From Planctomycetota bacterium (GTDB taxonomy: Bacteria > Planctomycetota > UBA8108 > SXIK01), in contig CBDCXR010000004.1 of NCBI GenBank assembly GCA_965223845.1, positions 5,952,001 through 6,016,000 on the forward strand: a DNA stretch of 64,000 nucleotides, written 5' to 3'. Each line of letters opens with the position of its first letter. Position 1 is the stretch's first letter. Shown in pieces: positions 1 through 8,536 of this stretch. A program made the translations under genes and the position numbers. Under the pieces are notes generated by a model. It was not told the DNA's origin and did no database searches. It saw nothing but the letters and a program-made list of their open reading frames with translations.

Positions 1-1
1 C

Positions 2-226
2 CTCTCGGGTGTACAAACCTGGTTGAGCGACACCGGATCCTTGCCGGCCGAACCGGCAAGTTTCGTATGGGGAATCTCGCCCGTCTTACTCTTCTTCTCG
101 CTCATCGCGAGCTCGATCGCCGTCTCTGGGGCGATGGGTCAACTCGACCGCCGGCTCTGGCCGATTCTCGAACCCATCGCGCTCCCGGTCTCCTCCTGGT
201 CGCTCGGCCTCGCATTCAGCCTGTAG
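2..226 (+). CDS. 3' end of a probable membrane protein (partial, runs off the left edge)
   Basis: Frame is open from base 2 to TAG at 226; hydrophobic segments (FVWGISPVLLFFSLIASSIAV, IALPVSSWSLGLAFSL); followed by a pyrimidine tract and a repeat element. Confidence 0.45.
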   Translation, partial: LSGVQTWLSDTGSLPAEPASFVWGISPVLLFFSLIASSIAVSGAMGQLDRRLWPILEPIALPVSSWSLGLAFSL

Positions 227-282
227 ACGCGATCGCTATCTCCCTACCCACCTCCATCTCTCCATCTCTCTATCTTCTCTGA

Positions 283-330
283 CCTTCGTCTTCCTTCGCG
301 GACCCCTTCGCGACCTTCGTGTGAAATCTC
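283..330. repeat. Dispersed REP-like repeat, copy 1 ((CTTCG)x4 orientation)
   Basis: ccttcgtcttccttcgcggaccccttcgcgaccttcgtgtgaaatctc matches copies at ~3590, 3718, 5789, 36461 and 36597; lies between convergent genes. Confidence 0.8.
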
Positions 331-361
331 TTTTCCCAGCTCTCTGGGTTCGCCCGAGCGC

Positions 362-1675
362 CTACCCGGCGACCAAGAGCTCCTTCGGCAGCTTCCACTC
401 CCCGCGGTACGGCCGGTGCAGCATCCGGTCGGCTTCCTGGTCGTCGACGAAGCGCTCCGTTTCCGGATTCCACCGGAGCTTCCGCCCGCAGCGAATCGCA
501 ATGTTTCCGAGGTGACACACCGAGGAGCTCCGGTGCCCGATCTCGACGTCGCAGATCGGGAGCTCGCGCGAGCGAAGGCACTCGAGCCAGTTCTTTTGGT
601 GATTCCGGCTGTCGTAGAGCTTCACGTCGCCCGGCTTCACCGGCGACTTAGCGATCTCGCCCGGGTCGCTGCTCAGGTGGCCGCGGTTGACGTGGATCTT
701 TCCCTTTTTGCCGATGAAGGTCGTGCCGCTCCGGATCCCCATCGCGCAGCGAAGTTTCACGCCGCCTGCGTAGGTGTAATCGACCGCGAAGTGCATCGGC
801 ACTTCGTACCAGCCCTCGGGGTGGAACTTCGCCTGCCCTTCGATTTCGACCGGGCCGGAGTTGTCCGCACCGAGACCCCACTGCGCGATGTCGAGGTGGT
901 GCGCGCCCCAGTTGGTGATCTGCCCGCCGGAGTACGCCCAGAAGAAACGGAAGTTGTAGTGAACTTCCTTCACGTTGTAGGGGCGGGCGGGAGCCGGCCC
1001 GAGCCAGAAGTCGTAGTCGAGGTGAGCGGGCGGTTCCGAATCCGCTACGGCTGGGCCCTTGAAGTTGACGCCGGGGATACCGACCTCGACGCGCTCGAGA
1101 TCGCCGATGTACCCGGAGCGGACGAGCTCGCAGGCGCGCCGGAAGTTATTCGCCGAGCGCTGCTGCGAACCGTTCTGCACGATGCGTTTGTACCGCCGGG
1201 CGGCGTTCACCATCGCGCGGCCTTCGGCGACGGTGAGCGTCATCGGCTTCTCGACGTAAACGTCCTTTCCGACTTCGCAGGCGTGGATCGACGGCAGCGC
1301 GTGCCAGTGGTCGGGCGTTCCGATCACGACCGCGTCGATGTCCTTCCGCTCGATGATCCGCCGGTAGTCGTTGTACGCGTCGGCCTTGCGATCGTCCGTC
1401 GAAGCGCTCTTCTGAGCTTTCGCACGGCGTTCGCCATCGACGTCGCAGACGGCGAGCGGAACGCATTCGGACATTCCCTTGAAGCCGCGGAGAAGTGAGC
1501 TTCCCCGCCCCCCGAGGCCGATGTGTCCGAGAGCGATGCGATCGTTCGCGCCGAGGACGCGTCCGGCGGAAACAAACGGTGCGGCGATCGCGACCGCCGC
1601 CGTGCCCGAGGTGCGCGCCAGAAAGCTCCGGCGAGAGAGGTTTCTACGATCGGTTTCGTTCGCGCTGCGAGACAT
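362..1675 (-). CDS. Gfo/Idh/MocA family oxidoreductase with Tat signal peptide
   Basis: Start at ATG 1675 (MSRSANETDRRNLSRRSFL, twin-arginine motif); IGLGGRG Rossmann motif, IGTPDHWH, DVYVEKP, WGAHHLD. Confidence 0.93.
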   Translation of the reverse strand: MSRSANETDRRNLSRRSFLARTSGTAAVAIAAPFVSAGRVLGANDRIALGHIGLGGRGSSLLRGFKGMSECVPLAVCDVDGERRAKAQKSASTDDRKADAYNDYRRIIERKDIDAVVIGTPDHWHALPSIHACEVGKDVYVEKPMTLTVAEGRAMVNAARRYKRIVQNGSQQRSANNFRRACELVRSGYIGDLERVEVGIPGVNFKGPAVADSEPPAHLDYDFWLGPAPARPYNVKEVHYNFRFFWAYSGGQITNWGAHHLDIAQWGLGADNSGPVEIEGQAKFHPEGWYEVPMHFAVDYTYAGGVKLRCAMGIRSGTTFIGKKGKIHVNRGHLSSDPGEIAKSPVKPGDVKLYDSRNHQKNWLECLRSRELPICDVEIGHRSSSVCHLGNIAIRCGRKLRWNPETERFVDDQEADRMLHRPYRGEWKLPKELLVAG

Positions 1676-1883
1676 GAGGCCTCCGGGGAAGATTCGGTTC
1701 GGCGTGGGGGCATCCGCGTCCGTCCGATGCCGCCCAGATCTTCGCAGTGTAGCAGACGCAGAGCTTCTGCGCGGTGCGCGTTTCGCGACTCGGAGAGCTC
1801 TCGCCGCGCCGGCGCGCGCATTTTCCGCTGGAGCCCGAACGAAATCCGAATCGCTAGCCGCGCAGGGAGCCGACGATGGGACG

Positions 1884-2558
1884 TCAGTCGCGTGGAGGCG
1901 CGCGTTCAGCGGCTTCTCCGGGCGAACGCGCGCGAGCGCGAAGCATGCGACCCGCGATCGTCCACAGGACAACCGGCAGCGCCGCGCTGAGCGCGACCGC
2001 GAGCAGCGGACGGTCTCGACCCGAAGCGCCGACCGCCGCGAACACGAAGCCGAGCGGCGCTGAGCCGCATGCGAGCGCGACGTAGAACCGCCGCGCGGGC
2101 ATGCGCGCGAGTCCGGCGAACGCGGCAACGACCTCGGGGAAAACGGGCAGCCAACGCGACAGAACGACCGCCCAGCCGCCCCCCGCCCGCGCGAAAAAAA
2201 TCTCGCTTCGCTCGAGGTCCCGCTTTCCGGCGATCCATTCAGCGGCGGGGCGTCCCAAGCGACGACAGACGCCGTACGCGACGGCGCCGGAGAGGATCGA
2301 ACCGCCCGCGGAAACTAGTCCGCCCACGACGAAGCCGTACACCGCACCGGTCGCAGCCATCACTGCCGTCCCGGGGATCGGAAGTGCAATGTCGGAGACG
2401 AGGAGAGCGATCGCCGCGCTCCACGCCCACGCACGGTTCTCTTCCATCCACGCAGCGGCGCTCTCGGTCGAAAACGCCGCCTCGAACGCCTCGCCCCAGA
2501 TCAGAAAGGGAACGACGACGAGTGCGGCGAGAACCAAGACGACGACGAGGAGACGCAT
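1884..2558 (-). CDS. TVP38/TMEM64 (VTT, DedA/SNARE-associated) membrane protein
   Basis: Several TM segments; 'LPIPGTAVMAATGAVYG', 'SRWLPVFPEVVAAFAGLARMP..RF' motifs; start at ATG 2558. Confidence 0.88.
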   Translation of the reverse strand: MRLLVVVLVLAALVVVPFLIWGEAFEAAFSTESAAAWMEENRAWAWSAAIALLVSDIALPIPGTAVMAATGAVYGFVVGGLVSAGGSILSGAVAYGVCRRLGRPAAEWIAGKRDLERSEIFFARAGGGWAVVLSRWLPVFPEVVAAFAGLARMPARRFYVALACGSAPLGFVFAAVGASGRDRPLLAVALSAALPVVLWTIAGRMLRARARSPGEAAERAPPRD

Positions 2559-2735
2559 TCGATCGAAATCCCGGAGAGAGGGGGACGAGCATTGTGGTGG
2601 ACGGAACCCGCCCCGCCCAGGCCTTTTCGTTCCGACGAGGGTGCGGCCCCGGTAAGATGGCTTCCCGTCGTATCCCCTTCTTCTCCGACGTGAAGAATTC
2701 GGCGGCTGTTCGCCGCGAGCATCGGATCTCGAAAC

Positions 2736-3569
2736 ATGCACGCAATTCGCACGCGACGCTGTATCGCGGGGTGGTCGTTCGGGGTTTTTCTAGTCCTCTC
2801 GGGCGTGACGATCATCGCGCAAGACCACTTTCGCGTCCCGGACGTCTTCGCAAGCGCCGGCGGCACGGCGACGTTCGACGTCGAGTGCGAGCACTCCGTC
2901 AGCTTGATCGCCTTCAGTGTGAGCCTCGCCTACGAGGCGGCAGACCTCACCGTCGAGGCGATCCGCCTCGGACCCGACGTCGCGACGTTCGAGTTCTTCA
3001 GGGGGTGGCACGACCCCGCGGCAGGGGAGATCGCGTACGGAGGAGTCTCTTCGCTCGACGGCGATGTGTCGGTGGCGCTATCGGCCGGAAACCACGTGGT
3101 GATGCAGGTCGATTTTCAGCTTCTGCCGGATGCGACGCTGCCATCGCCGCTCAGCTTCGTCGACGGGTTCGGCGACGATATTCCCGTGAACAATGTCTTC
3201 ACGAATCTCTCCGGGCGCTCCGTCATCCCCGAGTTCGAATCGGGCCTCGTTCACGAGACCATCGTCGATCAGCCGATGTTCCACCGCGCCGACGCGAACG
3301 CAGACGGCGGCTACGATCTCTCCGATCCGATCTTTCTTCTCAACTATCTGTTCGCCGAGCAGAACGAAGAGCCGCCGTGTCTCGAGGCGGCAGATGTGAA
3401 CAACAGCGGCGGGCTCGACATCTCCGATCCGATCGCGGCGCTCAACCATCTCTTCGGCTCGGGGGACGAACCACCGCCTCCGGGTCCACCGCCCGCGCCG
3501 TGCGGTGCCGATCCCGATCCGGTGGGGTCGCCGGGCGATTTGGGATGTCTGGCGTACGACGCTTGCTAG
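2736..3569 (+). CDS. Secreted protein with cohesin-like beta-sandwich and C-terminal dockerin-like domain
   Basis: Signal peptide; 'SLIAFSVSLAYE...GEIAYGG...VMQVDFQL...LSFVDG' cohesin-like pattern; 'FHRADANADGGYDLSDPIFLLNYLF...CLEAADVNNSGGLDISDPIAALNHLF' double EF-hand-like dockerin. Confidence 0.8.
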   Translation: MHAIRTRRCIAGWSFGVFLVLSGVTIIAQDHFRVPDVFASAGGTATFDVECEHSVSLIAFSVSLAYEAADLTVEAIRLGPDVATFEFFRGWHDPAAGEIAYGGVSSLDGDVSVALSAGNHVVMQVDFQLLPDATLPSPLSFVDGFGDDIPVNNVFTNLSGRSVIPEFESGLVHETIVDQPMFHRADANADGGYDLSDPIFLLNYLFAEQNEEPPCLEAADVNNSGGLDISDPIAALNHLFGSGDEPPPPGPPPAPCGADPDPVGSPGDLGCLAYDAC

Positions 3570-3589
3570 CGTGCGCGTGCTTGAGAGAA

Positions 3590-3760
3590 GAGATTCACAC
3601 GAAGGTCGCGAAGGGCCGCGAAGACAGACGAAGGAAAGAATATAGGAGAACGGGCGAGAGACATTCGGATTCGAACGTCGCGATGGATCTCTAAACCATC
3701 GATCCATTTCTCCTCTTTCTTCGTCTGTCTTCGCGGCCCTTCGCGATCTTCGTGTTCAAT
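3590..3760. repeat. Inverted pair of the dispersed REP-like repeat (copies 2 and 3)
   Basis: cacacgaaggtcgcgaagggccgcgaagacagacgaag (~3596-3633) and its near-perfect reverse complement cttcgtctgtcttcgcggcccttcgcgatcttcgtgtt (~3719-3756), separated by an AT-richer spacer. Confidence 0.85.
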
Positions 3761-3815
3761 TTTGATCCCCGAGATTCTCTAGAGATTCTCGGACGTTCAT
3801 CCGACTAGAAGGAGC

Positions 3816-4631
3816 ATGACGCCGCAGACATCCGAGGAATCTCAGCGCTCAGACCTCGCCGCCGGGAAGCGCCTCATCTTCGCGCTCACGACCGGTCGGA
3901 GCGGAACGGGTTACCTCGCGTCCGTGTTCCGTGAGCTTCCCGGTGTCCGCGCTGAACACGAGCCCGAGCCGAAGTTCAGCGACGTTTTGCGGGACATTCA
4001 GTCGGATCCCGAAGTCGCGCGGACCTTCTGGCTCGAGCGGAAGCTTCCGGCGATTCGCCGAGTCGCGGAGTCCATCTACATCGAGACGAGCCACTGCTTC
4101 TCGAAGGGCTTCCTCGACCCGCTCCTCGAGCTCGGAGTCGTCCCCGACGCGATTGTCCTTCGGCGGAGCCACCGCGCGGTGGCGTCGAGTCTCGCTCGGC
4201 TCGAGACAGTGCCCGGTCGGACGCCGCGCGGTGTTCGATTCCTCGTTGCGCCGACCGATCCCGGCGTCCTCGAGCTTCCGGATTGGGAGGAGCTCGACGA
4301 CTACCAACTCTGCTACTGGTACTGCCTCGAGATCGAGCGCCGCACGCGTGAGGCCGTCCACCGGATCGAATCACGCGGCGGTCGCGTCGCCGGAGTGGAG
4401 TTCGACGCACTGATTCGAGGTCCGGGATGGTCGAAGCTCGTCGCTGAGCTCGGCCTCCCCGCTCTTCGCGGTCTCGCGCGGTGGCGCGCCGCACTTCGTC
4501 GCCTCCGGCCCGTCAATCGAAAGCGCGCCGACAAGGAGCGCGCGGCGATTTTCCTCCCTGAAGATCTCGCCGAGCGCGAGCGCGTCGTCGAGGAGCGGGT
4601 CGGACGCTCGGAGCCGGTCGAGACGCAGTAG
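3816..4631 (+). CDS. Sulfotransferase-like P-loop protein
   Basis: 'LTTGRSGTGYL' resembles the 5'-PSB loop; 'EHEP' motif; 'LRRSHRAVASS' resembles the 3'-PB motif; GGAG RBS before the ATG. Confidence 0.65.
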   Translation: MTPQTSEESQRSDLAAGKRLIFALTTGRSGTGYLASVFRELPGVRAEHEPEPKFSDVLRDIQSDPEVARTFWLERKLPAIRRVAESIYIETSHCFSKGFLDPLLELGVVPDAIVLRRSHRAVASSLARLETVPGRTPRGVRFLVAPTDPGVLELPDWEELDDYQLCYWYCLEIERRTREAVHRIESRGGRVAGVEFDALIRGPGWSKLVAELGLPALRGLARWRAALRRLRPVNRKRADKERAAIFLPEDLAERERVVEERVGRSEPVETQ

Positions 4632-4719
4632 CTTCCGCTTCGGTTCGAGCTCGGGTCCTGGTACCCTCGTCGCCGAGGAAACGCGGGGCTCGCACGTTCG
4701 AATGGAGGGAATCGAGCCG

Positions 4720-5712
4720 ATGCGCACCGAGATTTCGATCGTCGTCGCTTTTACCTTCGCGACCAGCGTCGTCGCCGGAGAATGGTCCTTTCGCCGCGCC
4801 GACAACGAGTCGGCGCCGCGCACTCGACCGAAAGGAGTCGAAGCCCCTGTCGCAGGCGGCGAGCGGCTCTCCGGGCTCGAGCTCGTCCAGATCGCCTACT
4901 CGGAAGCTGCGCGAGAGAACGAGGTCCTCGTCGTTTGGCAGGAAGAGACCTCGATCTCGGGCCTCGAGCTCGAGGTGCTTCGGGGCGGAGCTCCCTTCGT
5001 TCGCGGCGTCTGCGAAGGCGGGCGCGATCGCCCGAACCTCTCGAGCGCGATCTTCGGTCTCAACTATCTCTTTGCGGACGGTCCCGAGCCGCCGTGCCCG
5101 ACCGCCTGCGACGCCGACGGCGACGGAAGCTTCAACGTCGCCGACATGGTCTACGTGCTCAACTTCCTCTTCGCGAGCGGCCCGGCTCCGGTCGGATGGC
5201 TCGGGAGCGAGCCTCGCTGCGAAGAGGCGATCCTCGAGGAGTGCGCGCAGCTCTCAGCGTGCACCCCACCGGCGAGCTTCAAGTTCGAGCTCGACGACAA
5301 CGGACAGGCCGGTCTCAACTTCGGCGTGATCACCGGCTTTCGCCCGGGGGATCACTTCATCCGCCTCGTCGACACCGAACGCGACCATACGATCGCTCTA
5401 CCGATCCGCGTCCTCCCCGAGGTGCCGTTCCCACCCGTCGAGGACCTGAAGTGCGTCGAGACGACGAACGATGCCGGTGCCTGCCTCTTCGCGCTCGAAT
5501 GGATCTCGCGCGCGCCGCTCCCCGATGTCCTCGGAATCTCGGTGAACGGCTTTCTCATCACGCCGCTCCTCGTCGAGGGCGCGAACCGGCTCGTGATCCC
5601 GAACCCACCGCCCGGATCGCTCACCATCCGCGCGCGAGGTGTGCTCACGGGACGCTTCGGTCAGTACCGCGGCCTCGGAACGAATGTGGACTGTCCGGCC
5701 GCGTGCGAGTGA
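4720..5712 (+). CDS. Secreted protein with internal dockerin-like domain and FN3/Ig-like segments
   Basis: Signal peptide MRTEISIVVAFTFATSVVA (alternative start 4702); 'FVRG...NLSSAIFGLNYLF...CPTACDADGDGSFNVADMVYVLNFLF'. Confidence 0.72.
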   Translation: MRTEISIVVAFTFATSVVAGEWSFRRADNESAPRTRPKGVEAPVAGGERLSGLELVQIAYSEAARENEVLVVWQEETSISGLELEVLRGGAPFVRGVCEGGRDRPNLSSAIFGLNYLFADGPEPPCPTACDADGDGSFNVADMVYVLNFLFASGPAPVGWLGSEPRCEEAILEECAQLSACTPPASFKFELDDNGQAGLNFGVITGFRPGDHFIRLVDTERDHTIALPIRVLPEVPFPPVEDLKCVETTNDAGACLFALEWISRAPLPDVLGISVNGFLITPLLVEGANRLVIPNPPPGSLTIRARGVLTGRFGQYRGLGTNVDCPAACE

Positions 5713-5788
5713 AACCGAATCGCGGCATCGCCACGCTGCCGGCTCACTCTCCACCCACCCCCTCTCTCCCTCTCTCCCTCTTTCTCTT

Positions 5789-5834
5789 CCCTTCGCCTTC
5801 TTTCGCGTCCCCTTCGTGCCCTTCGTGTTAGATC
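5789..5834. repeat. Dispersed REP-like repeat, copy 4 (diverged)
   Basis: cccttcgccttctttcgcgtccccttcgtgcccttcgtgttagatc, preceded by a CT tract; overlaps the stop codon of the HesA-like gene. Confidence 0.7.
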
Positions 5835-6622
5835 CCTCTTAGAGAATCCGCGGGCGCCCGAGCCCTCTCATCGCATACGAGACACCCTACCCGCCGCGAA
5901 ATCTTCAAGACCCGAAACCGCATCGACCGCAGATCGTACGTCACGAGCCGTGAGTAAAGCGGTTCACCGAATCCCGCGATCAGCTTGATCGCCTCCATCG
6001 CCCCGAGGCAGCCGACGCTTCCCGAAACCGCACCGAAGACCGGAAACTCTCTCTTCCACGCCGGCGGCTTCTCCGGATAGAGACAGGCGAGGCACGGCGT
6101 CTTCGGCGCGTGAAACGTCGTCACGTTCGCCTCGAGCTCGTACATCGCGCACTCGACGAGCGGTTTCCCCTGCCGCACCGTTTCGCGATTGAGAAGGAAC
6201 CGCTCCTCGAAGAGAGGTGCGCAGTCGACGACGAGATCGACGCCGTCGACGAGTCGTTCGACGTTCTCTTCGCTGACGTTCTCGTCGACCGCCTCGACGT
6301 CGAGCCGCGGATTGAGCTCGAGAAGTCGACGCTTCGCCGAGGCGACGCGCGATGTCCCGAGTCCTGCGTGAGTCATGAGAAGCTGACGATTGAGGTCGCT
6401 CGGCTTCACATTGCCGGCGTGAGCGAGGACGAGTTTTCCGACTCCCGCGGCGGCGAGCTCGTACGCGACGACGCTTCCGAGTCCTCCGCACCGCGATACG
6501 AGTACGGCGGCGTTCTTGAGGCGCTTCTGTCCTTCTCGTCCGAAGTCCGGCACCCACATCTGCCACTCGTAGGTCGCGCGCTCTTCTTCCGTGAGCTCGT
6601 CCGCGCGTCGTTCTCGAGTCAT
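5828..6622 (-). CDS. HesA/MoeB/ThiF family E1-like adenylyltransferase (HesA-like)
   Basis: 'GQKRLKNAAVLVSRCGGLG', 'SDLNRQLL', 'TPCLACLYPEKPPAWKREFPVFGAVSG', C-terminal CxxC (CLVC). Confidence 0.92.
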   Translation of the reverse strand: MTRERRADELTEEERATYEWQMWVPDFGREGQKRLKNAAVLVSRCGGLGSVVAYELAAAGVGKLVLAHAGNVKPSDLNRQLLMTHAGLGTSRVASAKRRLLELNPRLDVEAVDENVSEENVERLVDGVDLVVDCAPLFEERFLLNRETVRQGKPLVECAMYELEANVTTFHAPKTPCLACLYPEKPPAWKREFPVFGAVSGSVGCLGAMEAIKLIAGFGEPLYSRLVTYDLRSMRFRVLKISRRVGCLVCDERARAPADSLRGI

Positions 6623-6930
6623 TCGAGGCCCACCGAGCGCTCGTCGCCGCCGCAGCCGCCGGCGATCGGCGTTGCGATCGTGACCACCGCCCCGTCGCGA
6701 AGCGGCGCTGCCTGCGTCCAGAAGACCTGCTCGTCGTCGACGCAGAGAAGAATCGACGACGTCAGCGTGCCTTCGGGAGTGAGCAGAAACTCGGCCACGG
6801 CTCCGCCTTCCCGGTGGGCGATCGCTCGCACCGCGTCCTGTACGGTCGCACCGTCGGGAAGCTCGAGCGTCTCGCTCGCATGTCCGACGTTCTTCTTGAG
6901 CTGCGCGGAGTATTCGATGGTCACGTTCAC
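6619..6930 (-). CDS. MoaD/ThiS family sulfur-carrier (ubiquitin-like) protein with C-terminal extension
   Basis: 'MNVTIEYSAQLK...GATV...LRDGAVVTIATPIAGG' beta-grasp pattern; start and stop overlap both neighbouring genes. Confidence 0.88.
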   Translation of the reverse strand: MNVTIEYSAQLKKNVGHASETLELPDGATVQDAVRAIAHREGGAVAEFLLTPEGTLTSSILLCVDDEQVFWTQAAPLRDGAVVTIATPIAGGCGGDERSVGLE

Positions 6931-7643
6931 GACGGCTTTCCTTCGCTCTCGGCGGGACGGCGCGCGGCGATCGTCGCGTCGGAATCCTTCTTGGTCGCGC
7001 TGAGCTGGCGTTCGATCACGTTCCCGTCCCGGAACGTGAAGAAGCGATCGGCGAGCACTTCTGCCTCCTCGCGGTTGTGAGTCACGTGGAGCGCGGTCAC
7101 GCCGGTCTCGTTCTTGACCGACTGAAGGAGATGGTACATCTCCTCGCGCGTCTCGTCATCGAGAGCGCTCAAGGGTTCGTCGAGACAGAGAACGACGGGA
7201 CGCGCCGAGAGCGCCCGGCCGAGCGCAACGCGCTGGCGTTCTCCCCCACTGAGTCCGAACGGACGGCGCTTGAGCAGATGCTCGATCCCGAGAAGATGTG
7301 CGAGCTCGCGTACGCGCGCGTCGATCTTCGCTCGCGGCCACTTGCGGATCTCGAGGGCTAGCGCGAGGTGGTCGCGCACGTTCATCGACGAAAACAGCGC
7401 GCCGTCCTGCGGAACGTACCCGACCCCCCGCGACGCCGGTGGCAGCTTGGTCACGTCGCGTCCGGCGAGACGAATCGTTCCGGAATGGATGATCTTGAGT
7501 CCACACACGGCTTCGAGGATCGTCGTCTTCCCGCATCCGGTGCGCCCCATCAGCACGCCGTACTCGCCGGCTGGGACGGTGAAGGACACCCCGGAGAGAT
7601 CGAAGGCACCGAGGCGAATCGCGAGCCGGTCGATCTCGATCAT
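6927..7643 (-). CDS. modC: Molybdate/tungstate ABC transporter ATP-binding subunit
   Basis: Walker A GRTGCGKT, LSGGERQR signature, LDEP, HVTH; operonic with modA/modB. Confidence 0.88.
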   Translation of the reverse strand: MIEIDRLAIRLGAFDLSGVSFTVPAGEYGVLMGRTGCGKTTILEAVCGLKIIHSGTIRLAGRDVTKLPPASRGVGYVPQDGALFSSMNVRDHLALALEIRKWPRAKIDARVRELAHLLGIEHLLKRRPFGLSGGERQRVALGRALSARPVVLCLDEPLSALDDETREEMYHLLQSVKNETGVTALHVTHNREEAEVLADRFFTFRDGNVIERQLSATKKDSDATIAARRPAESEGKPS

Positions 7644-8536
7644 CGCGAGCCAGCCTCGACTCGCGCGCCGCGCCGCGTCTCGCGCTGACCGATGAGCGGG
7701 ATCGAATCGCCGCGGAGAAGCCGCACGAGTACGAGCACCGTGACCGCCGCGAGCACCATCAGAATCGATACTGCGACCGCCGCTTCGATGTTCCCGACGC
7801 TGAGCTCGAGAAACACGCTCGTCGGGAGGACTTCGGTGCGCATTCGCGTCGCGCCCGAGAAGATGAGGATCGGACCGAATTCACCGAGCGCGCGCGCCCA
7901 CGCGAGCGTTCCCGCGGTGAGGATCCCGCGGTACGCCTCCGGGATCACGACGCGCCAAAACGCTTGCGCGCGAGTGCAGCCGAGAGTGAGCGCGACCTGC
8001 TCCTGGCGCGGGTTGATCTGTTCGAACGTGACCCGCATCGTTCGCACCGCGAACGCGCACGCGACCATGAACTGCGCGAGGATGATGCTCGGAATCTCGT
8101 ACGTGATTCCGCCGGGAACCAGCGATTCGGCGAAATCTCCGACCGGAGTCTGAAAGAGGATGAGCAGGCTGAGCCCGATGACGAGAGGCGGGAGCACGAT
8201 CGGGATGTCGAGCACCGCGTCGACGACCGCCTTCCCGCGAAACTGCGTGCGGGAGAGAAGGTAGCCGATCGGCACTGCGACGAAGACGGAGAGGATCGCG
8301 CTCACACTGCAGGTGAGAAGGCTGAGCCGAATCGAGTACTGGATCTCCGGGCTCGTGAGTGCCTCGAGAAAATGATTCGGCGTCGTGAACGTGAGATCGG
8401 CGATGAGCATCGCGCCGATCATGAGGACGTAGAAGCCGCCGATCACCCAGAGCACGATGAGAAAATAGAGATCGGAGAAACGTCTCGCGCCGTTCGCTGC
8501 GCCGGTGGACGCCGTCTCGGTCTCGTCCTCGGTCAT
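7640..8536 (-). CDS. modB: Molybdate ABC transporter permease
   Basis: 'DIPIVLPPLVIGLSLL', 'WARALGEFG' ModB/CysT motifs. Confidence 0.9.
   Translation of the reverse strand: MTEDETETASTGAANGARRFSDLYFLIVLWVIGGFYVLMIGAMLIADLTFTTPNHFLEALTSPEIQYSIRLSLLTCSVSAILSVFVAVPIGYLLSRTQFRGKAVVDAVLDIPIVLPPLVIGLSLLILFQTPVGDFAESLVPGGITYEIPSIILAQFMVACAFAVRTMRVTFEQINPRQEQVALTLGCTRAQAFWRVVIPEAYRGILTAGTLAWARALGEFGPILIFSGATRMRTEVLPTSVFLELSVGNIEAAVAVSILMVLAAVTVLVLVRLLRGDSIPLIGQRETRRGARVEAGSR

Noticed and set aside
1676-2128. N-terminal extensions given by the ORF track (also at 17022, 19477, 24087, 29093, 59775)
   Set aside because: They overlap neighbouring genes or precede clear signal peptides, so downstream starts were chosen.
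5828-6622. Evidence of nitrogen fixation from the HesA-like gene
   Set aside because: No nif gene is in the window.
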